IMG/VR virus record: IMGVR_UViG_3300032225_000821 | Span: 1-33,966 of that record | Reading direction: 5' to 3' (one strand) | DNA from: a virus | Taxonomy: Duplodnaviria > Caudoviricetes | Length of the DNA: 33,966 nt | Shown: positions 17,556 through 24,895 of the stretch, in pieces | Layout of the letters: each line of letters begins with the position of its first letter | Position numbering within the stretch: the first letter of the stretch is position 1 | Made by a program: the position numbers and the translations under genes | Notes under the pieces: generated by a model | Database searches by the model: none | What the model was told of the DNA's origin: nothing | The model's input: only the letters and a program-made list of their open reading frames with translations

Positions 17556-17722
17556 CGATACCCTCCGAAAACGGGGTGGAACGTAGCGACACCGTGACCA
17601 TCACGATCAGCCGTGAGGACGCCGAGTTGCTGGCGAATCCTCAGTACGTGGTCCCCATTGGCGACGATCCGTTGTCGAACGTCATCAGGGCAGCCCGAGC
17701 AGCACTAGAGGGGGAGCAATGA
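17552..17722 (+). CDS. Hypothetical protein (DTVTITISR module; not in ORF track)
   Basis: 56-aa coupled ORF; paralogous to the next gene. Confidence 0.6.
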   Translation: MTIPSENGVERSDTVTITISREDAELLANPQYVVPIGDDPLSNVIRAARAALEGEQ

Positions 17723-17937
17723 GCATCGGGAATATCTGTTGGTGCCGTGGATGCCAGACCGAGCAGCCGTGCATGGTGTACGGAGTGCCCGAGCAGCCCG
17801 ACACCGTGACCATCACGATCAGCCGCAACGAGGCGGAGTGGTGGGCAATGCACCGACCCATGCCTGAACAGTTCGGGAACTTCTTCGAGCGCCAGATCCA
17901 AGCGGCCTGTCGAGCAGCATTGAAGGAGCAGCGATGA
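17719..17937 (+). CDS. Hypothetical protein (DTVTITISR module)
   Basis: Shares a 27-bp exact repeat with the previous gene. Confidence 0.6.
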   Translation: MSIGNICWCRGCQTEQPCMVYGVPEQPDTVTITISRNEAEWWAMHRPMPEQFGNFFERQIQAACRAALKEQR

Positions 17938-18032
17938 GCGTGTACATCGTCATCGGAGCCATTGCCGGCGCCCTCAGCGCCGAGATCGCTCGACTCAAGC
18001 GACGCATCAAGGCACTGGAGGAGCAGCGATGA
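17934..18032 (+). CDS. 32-aa membrane peptide (not in ORF track)
   Basis: MSVYIVIGAIAGALSAEIARLKRRIKALEEQR; ATGA overlaps. Confidence 0.55.
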   Translation: MSVYIVIGAIAGALSAEIARLKRRIKALEEQR

Positions 18033-18268
18033 CCCTCTACAACTGCCCCGACTGCCGACGCTGGCACAACGGCACCGGCCACATCTGCACCGACCCACTC
18101 CCAGAAATACGCGACACGAACTCCCTGAAAAGTGCAGTCGTGCGAGCAGCGAGGGATCTCATCCGCCAGATGCCCGAGCCCGGCGAGGTCGGAGAGATGG
18201 ACCTCGGGCCCCTGGCCCACGCCATCGCCGAGCTCGACGGCCACGACCGACCGCTCGGAGACGTATGA
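18029..18268 (+). CDS. Hypothetical protein
   Basis: CPDC..H..HIC; GGAGGAG RBS. Confidence 0.6.
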   Translation: MTLYNCPDCRRWHNGTGHICTDPLPEIRDTNSLKSAVVRAARDLIRQMPEPGEVGEMDLGPLAHAIAELDGHDRPLGDV

Positions 18269-18525
18269 CGCCCCACAACTACAACCGCCAGCCTCCGCAG
18301 CCCTGGAAGGCCTCCGACCTACGCTTGAAGGATGCCGAACGGAGCCGCATGAGCGGCGCCCCGATCGTACGCATCTCACCGGAGACGATCGCATTCTTGG
18401 ATCACCTGGTAGCGATGCAGCGCGTCGTCGACGCGGCCCGAGTGATCGCCGAGGATGGACTCCCATCCGACGCCCTCGTGGCCGCCCTCGCCAACCTCGA
18501 CGGCGCCGGAGGCGATGCTGCGTAG
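18265..18525 (+). CDS. Hypothetical protein
   Basis: ATGA overlap. Confidence 0.55.
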   Translation: MTPHNYNRQPPQPWKASDLRLKDAERSRMSGAPIVRISPETIAFLDHLVAMQRVVDAARVIAEDGLPSDALVAALANLDGAGGDAA

Positions 18526-18532
18526 CGGTACG

Positions 18533-19057
18533 GTGGCGAACCTAAGCCACCTCGCCGTCGCCATCATGGCGCAGCTCGTCGTCCTCGTCGGCGGAGTCCC
18601 GAGCGCCGCCGGCGATCCCAAGCCTCAAGTCGTACATCACGTACGACAAGTTGTACCGAACGTGCAGATCACGACGACGACGATGCCGCCGACGACGACC
18701 ACCGAGCCGCCGACGACCCTGCCACCGGAGACGACCACGACGACCGCTCCGCCGCCAGTAGCGCCAGCACCTCAGGCCGACCCGCTCGGGATCGCCGCCG
18801 CCTTCCAGGCCCTCGGCGCCTCGACCTCGGAGGCCGAGACGTTCGTGTGCATCGCATGGCACGAAAGCCGTTTCGATCCGAGCGCGGTGAACCCCAGCAG
18901 CGGAGCCGGCGGTGCTCTACAGTTCCTTCCGAGCACCTGGGCCAACCTTGGACGCCCGGGACTTCCCGAGGACGCGCCGTTATCGGATCAGATCGCCGCA
19001 GCATGGCAGCTCTACCGGAGCCAAGGCTGGAGTCCGTGGGCCGGTAGTTGCGTCTAG
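18533..19057 (+). CDS. Secreted lytic transglycosylase (SLT/Rpf-like)
   Basis: Signal-like N-terminus, Thr/Pro linker, CIAWHES, GAGGALQFLPSTW, QIAAA..LY..QGWSPW; start uncertain. Confidence 0.85.
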   Translation: MANLSHLAVAIMAQLVVLVGGVPSAAGDPKPQVVHHVRQVVPNVQITTTTMPPTTTTEPPTTLPPETTTTTAPPPVAPAPQADPLGIAAAFQALGASTSEAETFVCIAWHESRFDPSAVNPSSGAGGALQFLPSTWANLGRPGLPEDAPLSDQIAAAWQLYRSQGWSPWAGSCV

Positions 19058-19069
19058 TACCCTCGGCTC

Positions 19070-19261
19070 GTGGACGCCGAGATCATCAGCCTCAACGCCG
19101 AGCGCATGAAGCGACGGACCGGCAACGGCGGATTCTGCCGTCCATGCGTCGAGCAGGTCCGCCTCATGGGCAAGCTCGTCACCCTCGTCCCGGACGACTA
19201 CCCGAGACTCCTCGACGGATTCTGCGCCGAGCGAGACGACTGCGAGGCCGGACGCCGCTAA
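19070..19261 (+). CDS. Hypothetical protein
   Basis: TACCCT -10 lies 6 nt before the GTG; Cys pairs. Confidence 0.5.
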   Translation: MDAEIISLNAERMKRRTGNGGFCRPCVEQVRLMGKLVTLVPDDYPRLLDGFCAERDDCEAGRR

Positions 19262-19296
19262 CGGGAACGATCCGAGGTAGGCGATACGCTCGGGAC

Positions 19297-19400
19297 GTGG
19301 CCCTGGAGCGTTTGCCTCCTTGCTGACTCCAACTAGCAGGGCCACCGAGGCAGGCACCCGGCTCCAGCACCCCTTCCGCTGGAGTCCGGTGCCGCCTCTT
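19297..19400 (+). ncRNA. Candidate two-hairpin antisense small RNA
   Basis: -10 TACGCT 19285-19290; stem 19297-19305/19337-19345; long stem 19347-19368/19378-19398; loops complementary to early-gene leaders. Confidence 0.6.
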
Positions 19401-19412
19401 AGGATGGGGAAC

Positions 19413-19811
19413 ATGGCAGGACGACCGACCAAACTGACTCCAGAAATGCAGGCCAAGTTTGTAGCGCACGTCCGGGCCGGCAACTTCATCGAGACGGTCT
19501 GCGCAGCCTGCGGTATCGCGGTCTCCACCTACTACACATGGGCCGAGCGAGCCGAGAATGGCGAGGAGCCCTACGCCGGATTTATGGAGGCTGTACGCAC
19601 CGCCGAGGCCGAGGCCGAGCTGGAGGCCGTCGAGGGCATCCTGACGCACGCCGCCGAGAACTGGAGCGCCTTCTCGTGGTACCTGGAGCGCCGGCATTGG
19701 AAGCGGTGGCGCAAGACGGACAAGGTGGAGCAGGAAGTCACCGTGAAGAAGGAAGGGCCGGAGCCGAGTGAGCTCGACGACGAGATCCGCCGCATCCTCA
19801 ACCGAGACTGA
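19413..19811 (+). CDS. terS: Terminase small subunit
   Basis: MAGRPTKLTPE, HTH, NWSAFSWYLERR; TAGGAT -10 7 nt upstream; precedes terL. Confidence 0.85.
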   Translation: MAGRPTKLTPEMQAKFVAHVRAGNFIETVCAACGIAVSTYYTWAERAENGEEPYAGFMEAVRTAEAEAELEAVEGILTHAAENWSAFSWYLERRHWKRWRKTDKVEQEVTVKKEGPEPSELDDEIRRILNRD

Positions 19812-21153
19812 GTGGGAGAACTGGGACGAGTGGAGCAAGGCCCGACTCCGATGGATCGCCACCGCCCGAGATAATCAGGTCACGCCCCCGGGCGAGTGGC
19901 TCACATGGCTCGTGATGGCCGGTCGTGGATTCGGCAAGACTCGCCTCGGAGCCGAGGACGCCGCCGACTTCGCCCGCAAGAATCCCGGCGCCCGTCTCGC
20001 CTTCGTGGGCCCGACGATCGCCGACACCCGAGACACCATGATCGAGGGCCAGTCGGGCCTCCTAGCGTGCGTCCCCGCCGAGGCCCTCCGTGGTGGCTCC
20101 ATCGCCTCGTCATGGAACCGCTCGATGGGCGAACTGTTCTTTGCCAATGGATGCAAGGTCAAGGCCTTCTCCGCCGAGGAGCCCGAGCGCCTCCGAGGTC
20201 CGCAGCATCATCGGGTATGGGCCGACGAGCTCGGCGCCTGGACCCGAGAGGAGACGTGGGATCAGCTCCAGTTCGGCCTCCGCCTCGGCGAGCGCCCGCA
20301 GGTCGTCGTCACTACGACCCCCAAGCCTTCGCCCCTCATGCGCCGCATCATCGAGGCCGACACGACCCTCATCACCCGAGGCTCAACCTTCGACAACGCC
20401 GCCAACCTCAGCCCCGCCGCCTTGGCCGTACTACGTGACCGCTACGAGGGCACCCGCCTCGGCCGCCAGGAACTGTTCGGCGAGTTCCTCACGGACACCC
20501 CCGGCGCCCTCTGGACCGCCGCCATGCTCGACGAGCACCGAGTCACCGAGGCCCCCGAGATCGTCCGCATCGTCGTCGCCGTCGACCCCGCCGTCACCTC
20601 GGGCGAGGACGCCGACGAGACGGGCATCGTCGCAGTCGGCAAGGGCACCGACGGTCGTGCCTACGTCCTCGCCGACCGCTCCTGCCGTGAGTCGCCGGCA
20701 GGCTGGGCGCACCGGGCCGTCGGACTGTTCCACGAGCTCGGGAGCATCGGCACCATCGTCGGCGAGGCCAACCAGGGCGGCGACCTCATCGAGGCCACGC
20801 TCCGAGCGGTTGACCCCGGCATCCCGTACATCAAGATCAACGCCAAGCAGGGCAAGCGCCTCCGAGCCGAGCCGATCGCCGCCCTCTACGAGCAGGGCCG
20901 AGTCAGCCACGTCGGGCCCGACCTCAAGACGCTCGAGGATCAGATGACCGGCTGGCTCCCCGACTCCGGCTACTCCCCGGACCGCCTCGACGCCCTCGTC
21001 CACGCCATCGCCGAGCTCAAACTGGCGAACGGCTCGCAGGCGGATCGGTACTTCGCCGCTATCGCTCCCCCTTGTCCGTCGTGCGGCGTGCCAAACTTGC
21101 CCGAGGCTACTGAGTGCGCCGCCTGCCGTAAGCCGCTATCCCGAGGAGCATGA
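19768..21153 (+). CDS. terL: Terminase large subunit
   Basis: Walker A AGRGFGKT, Walker B WADE, TTTP, nuclease VDPA...DRLDA. Confidence 0.95.
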   Translation: MSSTTRSAASSTETEWENWDEWSKARLRWIATARDNQVTPPGEWLTWLVMAGRGFGKTRLGAEDAADFARKNPGARLAFVGPTIADTRDTMIEGQSGLLACVPAEALRGGSIASSWNRSMGELFFANGCKVKAFSAEEPERLRGPQHHRVWADELGAWTREETWDQLQFGLRLGERPQVVVTTTPKPSPLMRRIIEADTTLITRGSTFDNAANLSPAALAVLRDRYEGTRLGRQELFGEFLTDTPGALWTAAMLDEHRVTEAPEIVRIVVAVDPAVTSGEDADETGIVAVGKGTDGRAYVLADRSCRESPAGWAHRAVGLFHELGSIGTIVGEANQGGDLIEATLRAVDPGIPYIKINAKQGKRLRAEPIAALYEQGRVSHVGPDLKTLEDQMTGWLPDSGYSPDRLDALVHAIAELKLANGSQADRYFAAIAPPCPSCGVPNLPEATECAACRKPLSRGA

Positions 21154-21154
21154 G

Positions 21155-23047
21155 TTGGGACTTCTAGACCGATTCCGCCGACCCTCAGCCGAGGACATCG
21201 CTGAGGCCGCAGCGGAGCAGGTACTCAAGGCGATCGGCCAGACGCCGATGGCTGGCTCAGGCTACGCCACCGCCGTCCAGCCCTCCTACGCTCCCGGCTC
21301 CGGCGGCCAAGGCCTCTCGCAGACTCCAGGCACGCCGGCGGTCCCGCTCCCTCGCCCGCCCGACGCCTTCGGCTCGCAGCTCGGACCGGCGCAGCCGTTC
21401 ATCCCGGCACCCCTCGACCCTCGTGATCCCGTCTCCGGTCGTGCGCTCCCCCGTAAGGCACAGATGCCGGTGGCGTGGAACCTTGACCTCTCCTCGGACC
21501 GGATGACCCCCTGGACGGTGCTCCGTTCCCTCTCCGACCAATGCGACGTGATCCATCGCTGCATCGAGATCCGCACCGCCGAGGTCACCAGCCTTGAGCG
21601 GGCGCACACCGTCGACGACGTGGCGATCAAGCGGATCATGGTGGAGCAGAACTGCTCCCACGCCAAGGCGCAGGCGATCGCCCGTGAGAAGTACGGCGAC
21701 ATCATCGACGACCTCGACCGATTCTGGGAGAACCCCTACCCGGACGCCGGCGACAAGGGGATCGTGGACTGGCTCACCGAGGCCCTTTGGCAGCACTTCA
21801 CCTACGACGCCATCCCGATCTACCCCCGCCTCAACCTCGGCGGCGACGTGATCGGGTTTGAGATCATCAGCGCCGACACGATCAAGCCACTCCTCGACAA
21901 CCGTGGAGGGACGCCTGCTCCGCCGGCGCCTGCGTTCCAGCAAGTGCTCTGGGGATTCCCTCGTGGCGAGTATCAGGCAAGCCCGCAGGCCGACGCCGAG
22001 ATGTTCACCAGCCCCGGCCAGATGGGCGAGTACGCCAAGGACCAGCTCGCCTACTTCGTCCGCAACCGCCGGACCTGGAGCCCCTACGGATACTCCACCG
22101 TCGAGGAGTGCATCCCGGCGGCGACGCTCTACCTTGAGCGACAGGTTTGGATGCGGACGGAATACACCGAGGGCACGCTCCCTCAGACGTTCATGAAGAC
22201 GGACTCGCAGGAGTACGACCCGGTCAAGATCAACAGCCTCGAGCGCATCCTCAACGATCAGCTCGCCGGCCAGACCTCGGAGCGCCACCGGATCAAGCTC
22301 CTCCCCGGAGGCCTCGACCCCATCTTCCCGCCGATGCTCGAGGAGCGGTACAAGTCCGACTACGACGAGCACCTCATCAAGCAGATCGCTTCCAAGTTCG
22401 GCGTCATGCCGACCCAGCTCGGGATCATCCCCAAGACGGGCCTCGGCGGCAAGGGCCAGATGGAAGGCGAGCAGGACCAGGCCGAGTCAATGTCGCAGCG
22501 CCCGCTCGAAGCATGGCTCACCGATGTCATCAACAACCTCAACCGCCGATTCCTCGGAGCGCCCAAGGACGTGACTTTCACGCTCCGCCAGCCGAACAAC
22601 TCGCAGCAGCAGGTCGAGGAGGCCAAGAGCCTCCAGATCAGCCTCTACTCCGGCCAAAAGACGCTCAACACCGTCCAGGCCGAGCTAGGTCAGCCCCTCT
22701 ACGAGATGCCCGAGGCCGACGAGCCGTTCATTGTCGCCGGCAACCAGGTCATCTTCCTCCGCGGCATGATGAACACGGACGCCGCTGGCGAGACGACGGA
22801 GCAGGTCGGGACCATCGGGGCCGAGCAGCCGGAGCAGCCCGAGCCCGAGGTCGCCGCCGAGGTCAAGGCCTTCCGAGCTTTCACCGCCAAGCGCCTCCGC
22901 ACCCGTCAGGCGTGGCGAGACTTCGACTTCAAGGCTGTGGACGCCGACACCGCCGCCAGCCTCAACGCCGAGGCCCGTGAGCAAGTGGAGGCCAAGCGCC
23001 GCCCTTTAGTCGACAGGTCAGCGATCTCCCAGGGGCGGGCCTACTAG
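21155..23047 (+). CDS. Portal protein
   Basis: Position after terL; DTIKPL, SPYGYS.VE, IASKFGVMPTQLG motifs. Confidence 0.9.
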   Translation: MGLLDRFRRPSAEDIAEAAAEQVLKAIGQTPMAGSGYATAVQPSYAPGSGGQGLSQTPGTPAVPLPRPPDAFGSQLGPAQPFIPAPLDPRDPVSGRALPRKAQMPVAWNLDLSSDRMTPWTVLRSLSDQCDVIHRCIEIRTAEVTSLERAHTVDDVAIKRIMVEQNCSHAKAQAIAREKYGDIIDDLDRFWENPYPDAGDKGIVDWLTEALWQHFTYDAIPIYPRLNLGGDVIGFEIISADTIKPLLDNRGGTPAPPAPAFQQVLWGFPRGEYQASPQADAEMFTSPGQMGEYAKDQLAYFVRNRRTWSPYGYSTVEECIPAATLYLERQVWMRTEYTEGTLPQTFMKTDSQEYDPVKINSLERILNDQLAGQTSERHRIKLLPGGLDPIFPPMLEERYKSDYDEHLIKQIASKFGVMPTQLGIIPKTGLGGKGQMEGEQDQAESMSQRPLEAWLTDVINNLNRRFLGAPKDVTFTLRQPNNSQQQVEEAKSLQISLYSGQKTLNTVQAELGQPLYEMPEADEPFIVAGNQVIFLRGMMNTDAAGETTEQVGTIGAEQPEQPEPEVAAEVKAFRAFTAKRLRTRQAWRDFDFKAVDADTAASLNAEAREQVEAKRRPLVDRSAISQGRAY

Positions 23048-24717
23048 ACCGCATCGCTGAGCACCACGCTCCCGAGATCGCCCGGGCCATCAAGGCCGGC
23101 ATCAGCAACGTCGACGCAGCCGTCCACAACGCCAACGCCGCCTTCATCCGGTGGGACGGTAGCCACCTCGCCAAGGTCATCGAGCAGCTCTACATCGACT
23201 CATGGCTCGCCGGCGCCCACACCGCCCGGGAGCAGGTCACGACCAAGGCAGCGCAGGCGACCTCCGACGCCGTCGGCGCAACCGACTGGAGCTCGTGGAC
23301 GCCCGGCGACATCGGCGCCAGCGATCTCACGATTGACGGCGGACTCCGTGAGATGCTTGACTCCGCCAACGTCACGATCCAAGGCATCGGCGACACCACG
23401 ACCGACCGCATCGGCAACGAGATCGCCCGAGGCCTCGCCGCCGGCGACCCGATCACGAACGTCACCGCCGGCATCACCGACATCCTCGGCGACCCGAACC
23501 GATCGTTCACCATCGCCCAGACCGAGACGAGCCGAGCGATGGTGTCCTCTCAGGCCTCGGAATACCAGGGCCTCGGGTTCTCGCAGTTTGAGTGGCTCGC
23601 CTACGACGGCGCTTGCGACGAGTGCATGGACGAGGAGGACAACAACCCGCACGAGTTCGGCGACGATCAGCCGCCCGGCCACCCGAACTGTCGGTGCAGC
23701 ATCGTCGGCACCGGCGACGTGACGACCCCGGAGGGCGCCCTCGACTGGAACGGGCCCGAGGGCATGGCACCGACCGAGAACGAATCGTTCATCGCCGACA
23801 ACTTCCAGATCATCGACGATGCCATGCGGATCTACCGCACCCGCACCGCCGCCGAGGCCGATCTCACCGCCATCCGAGAGTCCATGCTCAACGACCTCCG
23901 CACCGAGAGGGACGCCGCACGAGCCGACATCGACACCTTCGGCGGAGCGATCCGCAAGCCGGCGAACCTGGAGCGCACGACCGACCCGATCACCGGCGCC
24001 CCGGTCTATCGCAGCACCGAGGGCGGCGAGTACGACTGGTGGTACAAGCTTGACCAGCAGGAGCGCCAGCGCCTCATCCGCAACGGCTACGTTTCCGACG
24101 CTCCCTCGGCCCTCAACGTCGACTCCGCCATCCACGCCGCCGAGCAGAACGGGCGACACTTTGAGAGCCCCGAAGCAGCGGTCGACACCTGGCTCCGGGC
24201 CACCAGAATCAAGGACACCGTCGACACCATTGAGACGAAGAAGTCCCTCCCCTCCTTCGGCGCCCTAGAGCGCCAGATGGGCGGCTTCGACCCCAATGGC
24301 ATCATCGCCAACCCGGTCTACGACGTATCGGACATCTTCGCCTCCAAGACGAACGCCATCGACTACCTCATGTCACTCCGAGCCGATCCCGCCGCCGACG
24401 CCTACGAGCTCGTCGACTCGCAGATCACCGTCCCCTATCACCTCGGCCCGAGCCCGTACGAGATGAGCGCCGAGGACTACGCCACCAAGACCTTCGACCT
24501 CTGGGCGAAGATGGAGGACATCTGGCAGCGCCAAGAAGAAGGCCGCAACACCGAGTTCGGCGCCGTCCTCACGCACGACGACCGAGAGACGATCGAGCTT
24601 TGGAAACACTTCATGCCCGAGGCCCTCGTCCCCGACATCAACGCCGACGTGGACGTATACGAGATCCACGCCGAGATGGTCCAACTAGCCCGGCTCGCCG
24701 GCGTCCTGGAGTCCTAA
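23002..24717 (+). CDS. MuF/SPP1 gp7-like head morphogenesis domain plus C-terminal extension; probably the -1 frameshift extension of the portal
   Basis: IAQTETSRA, W...ACDEC, PPGHPNCRC; frame open from 22981 with no ATG/GTG/TTG until 23353; slippery CCCTTTA at 23002-23008. Confidence 0.75.
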   Translation, partial: PFSRQVSDLPGAGLLDRIAEHHAPEIARAIKAGISNVDAAVHNANAAFIRWDGSHLAKVIEQLYIDSWLAGAHTAREQVTTKAAQATSDAVGATDWSSWTPGDIGASDLTIDGGLREMLDSANVTIQGIGDTTTDRIGNEIARGLAAGDPITNVTAGITDILGDPNRSFTIAQTETSRAMVSSQASEYQGLGFSQFEWLAYDGACDECMDEEDNNPHEFGDDQPPGHPNCRCSIVGTGDVTTPEGALDWNGPEGMAPTENESFIADNFQIIDDAMRIYRTRTAAEADLTAIRESMLNDLRTERDAARADIDTFGGAIRKPANLERTTDPITGAPVYRSTEGGEYDWWYKLDQQERQRLIRNGYVSDAPSALNVDSAIHAAEQNGRHFESPEAAVDTWLRATRIKDTVDTIETKKSLPSFGALERQMGGFDPNGIIANPVYDVSDIFASKTNAIDYLMSLRADPAADAYELVDSQITVPYHLGPSPYEMSAEDYATKTFDLWAKMEDIWQRQEEGRNTEFGAVLTHDDRETIELWKHFMPEALVPDINADVDVYEIHAEMVQLARLAGVLES

Positions 24718-24848
24718 TGCCCGACATCCCGCCCCGCATCAACCTCGCCAACAAGCCAAACAAGCCCGACCCGGTGAAGGTCCGCATGACGATCGACCGA
24801 GCGCTGGCCTCCGTCCGCACGTCCGCTACCCGATCCGACCGATCTTGA
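24717..24848 (+). CDS. Small hypothetical protein
   Basis: TAATG coupling to the MuF stop; 43 aa. Confidence 0.45.
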   Translation: MPDIPPRINLANKPNKPDPVKVRMTIDRALASVRTSATRSDRS

Positions 24849-24895
24849 GTCCTACGATTACCGATAGACCGCCTCTCGAGCAGGAGACTCACCCG

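Noticed and set aside
19297-19400. tRNA interpretation of the structured region
   Set aside because: No cloverleaf, T-loop (GTTC) or CCA end
19320-19412. Upstream extension of terS
   Set aside because: Runs through the hairpins; MAGRPTKL is a typical TerS start and has its own -10 box
23353-23355. ATG as the independent MuF start
   Set aside because: Leaves ~300 nt of coding-like in-frame sequence unexplained; frameshift signals lie upstream; not fully excluded
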